In this document: in pieces, positions 25,721-36,978 of the stretch
Layout of the letters: each line of letters starts with the position of its first letter
Position numbering within the stretch: position 1 is the stretch's first letter
Source: Podarcis cretensis
Lineage: Eukaryota
Assembly: GCA_951804945.1 (NCBI GenBank)
Contig: OX638158.1
Span: 31,062,001-31,126,000 of the forward strand
DNA: 64,000 nt
Direction: 5' to 3'
Made by a program: the position numbers and the translations under genes
Notes under the pieces: generated by a model
The model's input: the letters and a program-made list of their open reading frames with translations, nothing else
Database searches by the model: none
What the model was told of the DNA's origin: nothing

Positions 25721-25744
25721 TGTGTCACTTCTGTCTCTTTCCAG
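25721..25744 (+). promoter_or_regulatory. U2-type 3' splice site preceding the first coding exon (exon starts 25745, 21 nt of 5'UTR)
   Basis: tgtgtcacttctgtctctttccag|G: pyrimidine tract plus CAG/G, 21 nt upstream of the ATG. Confidence 0.7.
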
Positions 25745-25765
25745 GGATTCTCATTTCATGCCAAC

Positions 25766-26055
25766 ATGGCCGAACATGGCTCCCACCCCTCCTCTACCCG
25801 GCAGTCGGGGAACCCACCCACTCGCAATCCCACTCTGTGCTCTCTGGAACATGTGGATCCAGGAATGAGTGAGCAACCAACTCTGCTGGAGCAACCACCA
25901 CCATCCCCAGACCTGGGTGACGAAGATGATGATGGTGACATGGAGCCTCCGCCGGATCCAGATGTGCCCTATCCTGATTTGGCCCCCGTGGTTTTCTTCT
26001 GCCTGAAACAGACCACCAGCCCTCGCAGTTGGTGCATCAAGATGGTGTGCAATCC
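25766..26055 (+). CDS. CACNA1I: First coding exon of T-type voltage-gated calcium channel alpha-1I (Cav3.3); partial CDS, 96 codons + 2 nt, ends in phase 2
   Basis: Translation [10 protein letters not shown]...[33 protein letters not shown] matches the recalled Cav3.3 N-terminus (human ...[31 protein letters not shown]). Strong Kozak context ccaacATGg. Similarity stops exactly at a U12 donor. WCIKMVCNP favours 1I over 1G/1H. Confidence 0.93.
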
Positions 26056-26064
26056 ATATCCTTT
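26056..26064 (+). promoter_or_regulatory. U12-type (AT-AC) 5' splice site
   Basis: AATCC|ATATCCTTT is a perfect U12 donor consensus at the position where Cav3 genes carry a minor intron (NP/WF). Confidence 0.93.
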
Positions 26065-26089
26065 CAAAACCACAAGCTGCCCTTTCTAG

Positions 26090-26154
26090 CCTTTCTCCTT
26101 CCTCTCTGCCCTCCCTTTGTTCTCCTGCTCTTGCAGAGCACCTGACAGGTAAGA
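26090..26154 (+). other. Candidate 12-nt microexon (26137-26148) or recursive splice site, with U2 acceptor and U2 donor
   Basis: About 45-nt pyrimidine tract, then ttgcag|AGCACCTGACAG|gtaaga. Confidence 0.45.
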
Positions 26155-26534
26155 GACGGCGTTTCTTACATATTTAATGCGTCACTTTGTTCCCTGCTTG
26201 CATTTAAACAGTGCCTTGGCTGCTGCAATATGCAAGCAAAAAGGAGCTGCTTGCGAAATGGGAGACTTCAGAGGGAGCGACTGTCAGTTAGAATCAGAAG
26301 AACAGAGATGAGGGGCAGGGAGAAGAGAGGGGACAAACATTTTAAAACGTATTCCCCCCTTTTCATCTCTTTACTTTTCCTACACTACCAAAGGCGTCAC
26401 GATATGACTCTTTGAAAGCTTCAGAGCATAGGTTATAGCAATGCTAACTTGTTTCTAGGAGAACTTGATGTGGTGGCAGGCATTTATATTGTAGTCTTCT
26501 CTGATATACAGTAAGCTATCTGGTAGCTATAAAC

Positions 26535-26805
26535 ATGGCCACCCCAAGGCTTATTGCTGTCCTGAGGCAAAGGACAAGATCCCCTCCCCATTCTGTGCAC
26601 AAACGCTTGCAAGGGATCTAGCAGTCTGATTGTTTTTCAGCACTGGTGAAGGGACAGCGTCCCTCACTGCATCTGAAGGGCAGTAGGGCAGCTTAGAAGG
26701 TGCAAGGTAACCTGTGTGGCACACACAGCCCTGCCTATTCTCCATCCATCATCATCTGCCTCCTCAGGCAACCACCTTGCTTAACCTAATGGTAGGGCCA
26801 GCCCT
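26535..26805. mobile_element. Degraded GC-rich MITE-like repeat (related ends near 27290 and 44080)
   Basis: Recurrent terminus ctaatggtagggccagccctg and tgctg.cctgaggca motif. Confidence 0.45.
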
Positions 26806-29800
26806 GGTAATAAGATTGATTGATTGATTGATAATTAAATTTTGCAACAGGTTGCAGTTGTGGTTCATAACTGCTTCACAGCTGGAATTATTATGGATGG
26901 TCCGGAAATTTTAGGGCTAACACTGATCATTAACTAAAATGGGGTTTTTGGAGAGGATCTTGTCTGGCCACATTATTCCACGTGCCAGCAAGAAGATACT
27001 GGATTGGGTGAAAGAGGAGTCTGAGGGCCAGCCCAATACAATTTTCTGCCTGCAACAATAGCCAAGATGCACCTGTTCCTCTTTCCAGGATGGGCAGTTT
27101 AATCTTCAATATAACTGACAAAACAGCTTATTATCCTGCATCTGAGGACAACAGGCCAGATTAGTGGGTACAGAGCAGGCTGTATGGGGCACACACACAG
27201 TTCTGTCCAACTCCTTGTATCTGTTGCCTTCCCTTCCTACTGCTAGCCCCAGAACTGCCACCTGAAGCAGCTGCTTCACTTTGCCTAATGGTAGAGTTGG
27301 CCTGATGAGTCTTTCTGACATACTACAGAAATTCTTGCCTTTGTATATTTACTGAATTCACTAACTGCTTAGTTTATTGCCCTAGAAGTATTCGATCTAT
27401 GTCCTCTCTCAAAACACATTACATGCTTGCCCCTAGGAAACCACTCAAACTTTTTAAAATCCTGGGCTAAACACATCCTGGAGGCAAGGATTTGGGCAAG
27501 AATAGTAGTGTGGATAATTCATCACAATCCACCAAGTATTGCTCCCATGAAGAGCCTATTGTTTTGCAGCAACACCTTATGGATTGTGACCATGATCAGA
27601 TGCTCCTTTTATCATGCATTTCCCTACTGAATCATAGAGATTAGCTCTGAAGCTGCTGTAAGTCTATTCAGCCTCAGTCTTTGCCTCGTCACTATAACAA
27701 TAACATCTTTTGGAGACTCCCAAGTTCATTCCATTCTCGCTATACCTGTAAATCTAAACAGTGCTTCCATGGACTTGTGGTCTGCCTGTCATGTGTCTCA
27801 CTATTATCCTGTTGGCAGCTAAGGTGGTGGGATTTCGTAGTTCTTGAAATGATTCCTGGGGTGCAATGAGCAGAGACTATCAGCTGATTGCAGCAGCAAC
27901 AGCTGTCTGCAGCTAACTTACATGAACTCCCTGAGAAGGCTATGTTGTGGAGGAGCAGTTCATTTCCCTTGGCTGTTTTTGTAGACATAGCATATAACAA
28001 GAAAGCATCCATCTTCCACATGTCCTCTTTGCAGCCACATTTAATGGGTGTCGCACTTGTGCCAGCCAGAAGTCTCCGGAGAGCTGAAAACTCTATAGGA
28101 GTCGTGGCCTCTCCCTGACTTTTCAGCATGAGCTCGCTTGCAACAGCTGACTGGATGGGAGGGGAACCCCACTTCATCATCTTCTGAGAGGCAAAGGTAT
28201 TTGTCGGGGGATAATCTGAACGCTGATTACAAGTCAGTGACACTGGGCTTATTTACAAAGTGTTTGCATTAGGATTAAAGGATTTTGATGAAGCTTCTGT
28301 CTTTTGAACCAGTCTTCAGAGGACTTGTGTATTACCATAACCTCCCTAAAAATGACTGCTTGAAATAAAGTAAGAGAACTTATTTAAGAAACCCCAAAGG
28401 CCACTCATTGTAAGAAGTAAAGGGGTGTATTGCTCCATCTGTGGCAACTTCACTAGCACAGCAGCCATTCTGCTAGTGGGAGCCCCGTTCTTAGGGTAGT
28501 ACAATTGCCAGCTTGGGTTGGCAGAAGAGTTGCAAGTCTTGTATGCTGTGTTGTACTGTTACACTGCTTCTGCTGCAACTTGAGCAACACCTCAAACTCT
28601 CCTGCTTCTTTCACTAATGTTAGATTGCATCCAACTCAGTAACATGTATTTCATTTCTTACTGTGGTAACATGCCAGTACCATCAAAATAACCTACAAAT
28701 ATGAAGAAGTGTGCCTTTAATACACCCGCCCACTAATTCAAATTGATTTTCATTGGTTAAAATCAGTACACAATAAACTTGAACTCTAAATCTACCAATT
28801 CAAGCCAGTAGTCTTAGGGCACAATCCATCCTTATGCATCACCCACTCATGGATGGATCACCAGACAAAGTTTTCAACAGACAAATGACTGGTGGGTCAT
28901 GGACTCCAATATGGACTAGTGTCTTCGGTGGGCTTATTTGTAAGGCTTGGTTTCAGTACAAACCAAAAATTGAATGTAGTTCTGGTGGTGGGGAATAGGG
29001 AGCCAGGTTTTGAGATTGAGTTCACAGTCAATATTTGGGCTCTGACACAGATTCTCACAGGAAAAGGTACATTATAGATTGCAACAGTTTAAGAGGGAAG
29101 CTCAGGAAGGTTTAGTATTGTGTTTTGTATGCTTGTTTGAATTTAGGGACCAGCGGAGGACCATTAGGGAAAATGGGGCACCATGACAACCCCTACCTGA
29201 CCGCCATCTTACTTACAACCAATAAGGAGGTGGCTCTGCCTGTCATTGACTTTGGCTTCCTGCTTTCTGCCCCACCAGTCCCAAAGGACACTGGGTACCA
29301 GGTACCAGTGGTAAAGACACTGAAACTATAGAGTGAGGAGAGTCTGCATTAATGTACATAGATTTACTAATCTGTTTCTCACACTAGTAGAATGCTTTGT
29401 GGTTGAGTGTACTATTGTCCAAGACAGATAATACACTGTACAGCAGTGGTAGGTGGAGCCAAGAGGGTGTGGGGAGACTGACAGCTTTCTTGGTATTGTT
29501 GCTGATGTCCTCAGCCTCTGAGAGCAGCATGAACTGGTTGGTCATGTGAGAAAGGATGGGTAACTTTGCTAGTATTTGAAAGGGTCCAGTTTCTTTATGG
29601 GGGTTTTCAGTCTAACTGTATTTATTTTATAAATTCCAAAACAGAACCAATTCAAACAATCCCACTGCTGTTTCCTAGCTTCCATTATTTAACGCTGAAG
29701 GCCGTAATAGTGGTATGAAATTCAGGATTCACATGTCTCCCTACTGGCCATGTGTAGATGTAGTCCTTTGGGTATGGAATCTCTCATGCAAATCTGGTAT

Positions 29801-30777
29801 AGATAAACTAGTTCATTTGTTGCCTTGGACCTCTTTGCACTAATGGATTGCAATGCACTACCTATTCATTATACAAGCAATGTAATGACATATGACCCAA
29901 CAATTTTACCAAATTCTGACTTGAGAACCACCCACTCTCAAGACTTCAGTTTGTCAGGATTCAGCCTCACTGTAGTGGCCTTCATCCAGTCCATTCCTGT
30001 TTCCAAGAATCACCTTATCTGACTCAGATAATGATGAGAAATATTGCTGGGCGTCATTAGCATTAAGGAGAGGGAAAGTGTTTGTTTTTTAGTCTACTTT
30101 CACTGCTCAGAATTTTAACAAAGGATCTAGACAAGCTAGCGTCACTATGGTTTTCTCAATTTTTCATTTGCATTTAGTAATGCAAGTTTGAAAGGGCTGA
30201 ATCACAGTTACTGTGCGGATATTTATTAGCAGAAAAAATTATTAGCAGATGTCTGTCTCTGTTAGATCATTTTTTAAAACAATCCTGAAATTTCAGTTCT
30301 GAAGGCATTGTGTTTTTCAGAGCCCAGATTATTTGTGAAAGATCAAAATTTAGATTGGAAATGAGAAAATGAAAAGCATTTCTTTATAGTTTTATCAAAG
30401 CTTAGAGAGATAAAGAAAATGTGTTAGTCTTTAAAGTGCTGCAAGACTCTTCCTTGATTATGCTACAACAGATGAACACACCTGCCCCTTTGGAAAGAGA
30501 TAAAGAGGTTGAGGTAGTAAATTGTTTCTCTATTAAAGGGGAATGCGATGTAACTGCCTGTAACTGTCAATGAATCTCCCTTCTGAGAATCTTCATTTTT
30601 TTGCTGTTGTTGCTGCTGCTCCACTTCACTTGATAACCATTGGCTGATCTGCTGTGAGGTCACAGCGGGCCTCTGTTGACTTGCTGGTCTAGATGCAAGC
30701 CCACATCTGCAAACTGCTTGGGGGAGATGGTGGCTTTTGCAAATTTTGCAATCCAAAATTGGAAGCCAATTAGCAAC

Positions 30778-30975
30778 ATAGTTCAGTGATGAAGCCAATG
30801 CTTTGTACACAGAAGTCCCAGGTTCAGTTTTGGGCACCTCTCCAGTTATAAAGACATGGTGAGTTGAGAAATCTTTTTGCCTAAGGCCCTGGGCACCAGC
30901 TACTTGTCAGTGTAGACAATACTGGGCCTGATAGGCCAATTGTCTAAGCAGGTATAAATTAGCCCCCTCTGTTCT
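30778..30975 (+). mobile_element. tRNA-Ala-like SINE copy, degraded
   Basis: gtcccaggttcag...tcagtgtagacaatactgggc. Confidence 0.6.
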
Positions 30976-33900
30976 AAACTACTTCATCAAGAGCAGAGGT
31001 CATTGGCCAAGTTGGCCATGTTGGCTGGGGCTGATGGGAGTTGGAGCCAGGCAACATCTGGAGGGGGCACCAGGTTGGTTTTCTCTGATCTAAGGCAATG
31101 TGCTATAGGCTTTCCAGTTGCATGCATACTTGCTGAGTGGTTTTGTATTGTTACATAGATTACCCACAAGGATCTTGGTGCCCTTTATAAACTCTAGTTT
31201 AAATTCCCAATCAGAATGGCACAGTCTACTTTCATATAATCACCATTACTTTGTGGAGATGCCATGGCCAATTGCCTTGTACAGCCCCAGTGCCATCTCA
31301 TTATACCCATGGAAATTAGGACCAGAAATAATAAGTGTGGTTAAAATAAACGCCGGAGCACCCATGCAGTGTTTGTTGAGCATGTAAAAGGATAGCGGGA
31401 CTGTGGTTATACTGCATAAGCATCTCAACTGACATACGGAATTTGCTGACCCCGGACCAGAGTCTGGAAGCATCTGTAGGGGGGCTTGTTCAGTAACACA
31501 GATTCTGCACTGACCTCGGTGGGACACTGCATGGATCTAAATGTGGATTTTTGGAGTTACATCTTTACTTTGCCGTTTTAAAGTTCTGTGCAAATGGAAT
31601 CTCTTTAACAGGCCTATAAACCCGCATTCTCCCTCCTTCCCCAATGGGAGGTCAATATTTTAGATGGGAGCATGAAAGCAAGAATGAGCATGCCATTAAA
31701 AAAGATCAATATAAGAAACAGGGAAATAACAAGGCATATTATGCAGTTCACTGGCTCAGTTGCTTGGCTTTTGTTGCATCCTGGACGCATCCTTCTTTGC
31801 TCATAGAGGAGATGGCTGCTCCTTCTGCAGCTGTTGTCACTGATAAATTGCCATTTAATTCCATGAGTCTTGAACACGGCATTCATGGTCCAGGAAAGCA
31901 AAATAGCATGTTACATACTTGAAATAAAGAGCTGGGCTGTAACCAGTCACACAATTTCAGCTTTGCATCGGGTGAACATAAGCTCTCTCTTTTTTGCCAA
32001 TGTTTGACATACCTCTTGAAATGGTTTATTTTAATTTTTGAAGGCTTAGGTACAAAGTCAAATGATTGTTTCTGAGTGTGTTTCCTTGGAGTTTGCCTGG
32101 GAGTTTTAACACTCAGGTTTCCATAAAACAGTCTCGAAAGCTAGTGTGTGTGTGTATTTGCATAAGTTGCCCATGTTTTCAACAAAAAAGTTCTATCTTG
32201 TTGAAAAGGCGGCTTTCCGAGTCATAACTGAGTGCCCCTCCTGATGTACTTTGATTGTGCATTCCTGGTGATTTGTGCTCATGACTGTATTGGGGTGATT
32301 ATATGTGATAGCCTGTTTTCAATACAGCTTGCACCTGCAAAAAAAATGGAGAGGCCATTCGGCTTCATTTTCTGTCAGCATATATCCTGTAATTTCCTGC
32401 CGAAGTCCTGTAATTTTTTTATACCGCAAATGTTCTGGGGTTGTTGTTGTTGCTGCTGCTTCTAGCCTACTTTTATTGTACACTAGCACAAGAGTGCCCC
32501 TCCAGATGGCAGTAATGTGATAACATTGGGGAAGCTTCACAGGAAAAGTAACAAAGTGAAATGAAGTGTGGACGGTCCAATCTCACCAATGCACTAATTG
32601 CATGTTAAAGAACACACCTGCAGAAAACGACAGGGCAGCAGTCCAAAGGGGCCTTGAATGAAATGACTACACACACACACACACACAACCTGCATCTTGT
32701 TGCATCACCTGTAAATATATAGTTGCTGTGCTGGTGTAAGCTCTGGACAAGTCTTCCAGTGCACCAGCCTGCAAAAGAGTGTTTCCAGTCTGTGAACATT
32801 AAGAATTAATGGTGACATTTCTCCTTGGAACAGGTGGTTATTCCAATTGCCTGGTAAAAATTCACTTTCAGTTCCCTTCTTCTGTCTGCATAAAATTCCC
32901 ACCAGAGTTTTCAGTGAAATCCCAGCCCATACGTTGGGGTATAAATGATTTTTTTATTTTTATTATTTTTGTTTAGACTTTATCACAGCAATAGTCTTTA
33001 CCAGAGGTGGTAACTGCAAATCATCTGCAACGCAAATAAAGCTGTTTCTCTAACAGTATATTTTAGAAACTGAACCCCTTGGTTTACACTTGCTATAGGG
33101 GAACCAGAAGGGTCACACAGTCTTAACTAAGAAGCCTTATATGGGGGGAAGAAAGTTGTCTTTGTAGAAAGCCTGTTAAATGCCCTACAAGAGAAGACAT
33201 TTTGGCAATACAAAATAGTATTTTTTTGATACACGGAAGCTGGAGATATTTCTGCTGCACTTTGGAATATGCTAAAATGTGGATTTTGCAGCCATTTTGT
33301 TCCATTGAAAGGCATAGACGCAAGCATTACATGAAAGCACATCCTGCAGTGCTCACAGGATGTGGTCTGAGTGACTCCGGAGAGGAAAATGAATGTTGCG
33401 TTTTTGTGTTTGAGTTCATGTACAGGACAGTTTACAGCAGGAGATTTTGACAAAATGTCTGCAGCTAAGAGGGCAAGCTGAAATCCTGTGATAGCACACA
33501 AGAGAGTGAGGCCCCACATATTTGAAGGGAGTTATCATGCTTGTTCGCTGCAAGATATTTTATGTGGAGTGTGTATATATATATCTGTGTGAGAAGCTAG
33601 ACATATTAGTGTTACTGTATTCCCAGGGAAGGGATTCTGAAGCATGGTGATTATACCATCTTGCTTTCAGATCTTCAGCTTGCTATTTTGTGAGCTCACC
33701 GGTAACATAGTTTTAGAATTTGCAGATTGTTGCTGTGGAAACAAATGGTAAACACTGATCCCCACCCCGCAAGAACCTCAACTTTTGATGTTGAAGCTGG
33801 AGTGGAAGAAGCAAATTGTTTGCCTTGGTGCCAATAAGCTCTCCAGGCACAGCAGTGACTTGAGTGAATTAAATTTCTTTGCTCTCCTGATGGATGACAA

Positions 33901-34167
33901 TGGGTCTGTTCTAATGGGAAGACAGTGGTGGCTACTTAGAGATTCTGCCTTTACTGTGATCCAGAGCAGCAGGTTCCTGTAAGGTTCCAGAAGTGTCTCT
34001 TATTTGTTCATTTTTGCCATTTTGCTGATCTATATATTTTTTTCATGTTGTGGTAGCTCATCTGCCTCACTGGAACAAGGAACATGCAAAGTACGCAGAG
34101 GATAAGCAACTATTTTAACTCATACTACAGACATGTAAGCAGCAGGGACTTCCCACCCACATTGTGA

Positions 34168-34312
34168 ATTTAAAGCACATGGCTTCCCCCAAAGAATTCT
34201 GGGAACCATAGTTTACCTTCCACAGAACTACAATTCCTAGTACCATTAACAAAATGTAGTTCCCAGTATCCTTTGGGGAAAGCCATGTGCTTCAAATGTA
34301 TGGTGTGTATGG
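34168..34312. mobile_element. Palindromic MITE family 2 (also about 17155-17745, 52425-52595, 57475-57995, 60950-61105)
   Basis: tttaaagcacatggcttccccc aaagaattctgggaa...ttcccagtatcctttggggaaagccatgtgcttcaaa inverted repeat. Confidence 0.7.
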
Positions 34313-34481
34313 GGCTAATATATAATTGAAGCCTTTTTTTAAAATATACCTTTTCTGCAGCAGCTATGTTATATCTCACTAAGGGATGTGGAGAATTTTA
34401 CTACACATTTGCCGTCAATAGGAAATCCGGTTGGCACCTGCTCCATCATCCTATGCCCTTTACCCTCTTTGACTTATTTTA

Positions 34482-34482
<1 letters not shown>

Positions 34483-34525
<43 letters not shown>

Positions 34526-34752
34526 ACCGCCCATCTGGCTGGGTTTCCCCAGCCACTCTGGGTGGCTTCCAACAAAATATTAAAATACAATAGTCTGTCA
34601 AACATTAAAAGCTTCCCTAAACAGGGCTGCCTTCAGATGTCTTCTAAAAGTCTGGTAGTTGTTTTTCTCTTTGACATCTGGTGGGAGGGCGTTCCACAGG
34701 GCGGGCGCCACTACTGAGAAGGCCCTCTGCCTGGTTCCATGTAACTTGGCTG
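34483..34752 (-). mobile_element. L2-clade LINE 3' fragment, same family as 10107-10498, with (TTA)n microsatellite
   Basis: Near-identical ccgcccatctggctgggtttccccagccactctggg and gagaaggccctctgcctggttcc. Confidence 0.88.
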
Positions 34753-35384
34753 TAGTTACATGTAATCCTATGTGAGCTCATTGGTTGCCTGTATGTGATA
34801 CCTTACTTGATTTTACTTTTGTGTCTATAATTTTTTACAATACATTTTATATATTAACTTAAGGATCTAGCATAATTCAGTACTGTATATATTTAAAAAG
34901 TTACTAAACTTGGGGGGGGGGCAGGTTTCGGTCTGTACTCTGTGCGATGGGAAATGGCACCCGTATTTTCCAAAGGTCCTCTGGTTCTTGGGAGTTTGGC
35001 AGTCCAGGAGTTTGTCATAATGCAGAGGCTTGTGTGAAGACAGAACTTGAATTGCTAACGGGGGCAAATGGGGCTCCTTGGATATAGGAAGCAATTTCAT
35101 TTTTCTTCCATAGCCTGGCATTGGGAATGCTTGGCCTGCAGTTGTGAGACTAGATCACATTTGCTGTGTAATCACTAGCACCACCAGGGAAAAGCCTGGC
35201 TTTTGGCAGTGACATCCTTCTGTTGATGTCTTACTGCATAAGGACAAGGAGCAGAAGAGGGAGCATTGGAGTGAAGCTCAGTTCAGGACCTTGGTCAGCT
35301 ACCTGTGGAACTGTGTAGAGCTGCTCCAGATCTGAAGCCAAATGAGGTCTTTAAAAATAGTTCCTCTGTCAGGTTTATGCTTCT

Positions 35385-35522
35385 ACAGAATCACAGAGTT
35401 GGAAGGGACCATGGCGGGTCATCTAGTTCAACCTCCTGCAATGCAGGAATCTTTTGCCCAACATGGGGCTCAAACCCAGAGCCCTGAGATTAAGAGTCTA
35501 ATGCTCTACAGACTGAGCTATT
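35385..35522 (-). mobile_element. Short SINE: tRNA-Lys(CTT)-like head plus CR1 3' tail
   Basis: Reverse complement tagctcagtctgtagagcattagactcttaatctcaggg...gagccccatgttgggc closely follows tRNA-Lys(CTT). Confidence 0.8.
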
Positions 35523-36615
35523 CTAGCTTTGAGGATATTGGAGTTTAAAGGAGCTGCACTCTATTCAATGAAGGCTGGATCTAGCAGTATGCTCCCATAC
35601 CATTCTGCTCCTGAAGACGATACGGTAAGCAAGAGGTACCCCACCCTGCACAGATGAGGGTTCTGGATAGGAGTCCATGGAGAAGGGACCATGGCAACTA
35701 CCTCAGGCCTTGTGGCTTAAGGCATCTCTGACTACCAAGTTCCCCTAGTGCTGATGGGAATATTTCTGGGAATGGTTTCTGCACCCAAGTCTTTGCCAAG
35801 ACCTCTGGGTCTTCAGACCCCTTCTTTTCAGGGCACAAAACTGAAAGGGGGAAGATGGGGTAGCCAGATCAGTACAAGGAAATTGGGGCCTGAATGGGAG
35901 AGTTTTTATGCAGGACTCCTGGCCTACTGGAAGACAGAGCCAGCAACAATCATGTTTTTCATTCTAAACTGGAAAAAAGATATATGTTCAGGTCTTGGAG
36001 TATCTGTGATTGGTCTTGGGAGGGATAAAAGGGGAGGGTGAATGTCAAATGTCTCAACTGGAGCAAATTAGCATTAGCTTTGTTGAATTCAGTAGAATTG
36101 CCTGCTTACTAAGTCTTGCACTGAGTATAGCCTCTGTGCTTCAGGCCATCTGTGGAGAACAGAGTCTGTTCTGTGTCATATACTGTGCAGTATAAGCCAG
36201 TGGATAGATTGGTGGTAATGTCAGTTCAAAGAACAAATGTAAAGGTGATTTTTTTGGATGGATGGAGGAAATGTATAGTAAAGTCCCCCAGGGATAAGAA
36301 GACGACTGACTTCTTCCTGTCTGGAAGGGTAGTAAGGGTTTAGAAGTAGGATCCCCTCCCTATCCATTAAAAGATTAAACTCTTGTCACAAAATGAACAC
36401 TAAAACCCCATCTGGAGCATATTGTGAGCACTCACTGGAACATAATTTTGCTAGAAGAGAAGAAAGACATTTGATGTGCATCAGGCAGGTTATATATGTG
36501 TGTGTATAAAAAGACACATCATTTTCTTAACTCTTTGCAAATATTTGTTTATTCATTTATTTAAAAGTATTGATAAACTGTTGAAAATATTTTGCAGGTC
36601 TCTAAGCAGTATACA

Positions 36616-36978
36616 GGGACGCGGGTGGCGCTGTGGGTAAAAGCCTCAGCGCCTAGGGCTTGCCGATCGAAAGGTCGGCAGTTCGAATCCCCGCGGCGGG
36701 GTGCGCTCCCGCTGCTCGGTCCCAGCGCCTGCCAACCTAGCAGTTCGAAAGCACCCCCGGGTGCAAGTAGATAAATAGGGACCGCTTACTAGCGGGAAGG
36801 TAAACGGCGTTTCCGTGTGCGGCTCTGGCTCACCAGAGCAGCGATGTCACGCTGGCCACGTGACCCGGAAGTGTCTCCGGACAGCGCTGGCCCCTAGCCT
36901 CTTGAGTGAGATGGGCGCACAACCCCAGAGTCTGTCAAGACTGGCCCGTATGGGCAGGGGTACCTTTACCTTTACCTT
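36616..36978 (+). mobile_element. Sauria SINE, second subfamily
   Basis: Full length, CpG-rich, (ACCTTT)3 tail, TSD taagcagtat. Confidence 0.93.

Noticed and set aside
25655-26089. 144-aa ORF taken as a complete gene
   Set aside because: Starts at a non-ATG codon upstream of the splice acceptor and runs through the U12 donor; only 25766-26055 is exonic CDS
35282-35302. RE1-like TTCAGGACCTTGGTCAGCTAC
   Set aside because: Mismatches in the core GGACAG and in the 3' GCC; too weak to support
35450-35522. tRNA-Lys gene (likewise tRNA-Ile at 38703 and tRNA-Ala at 56579)
   Set aside because: Mutated stems and T-loop, and fused to CR1-type tails; these are SINE heads
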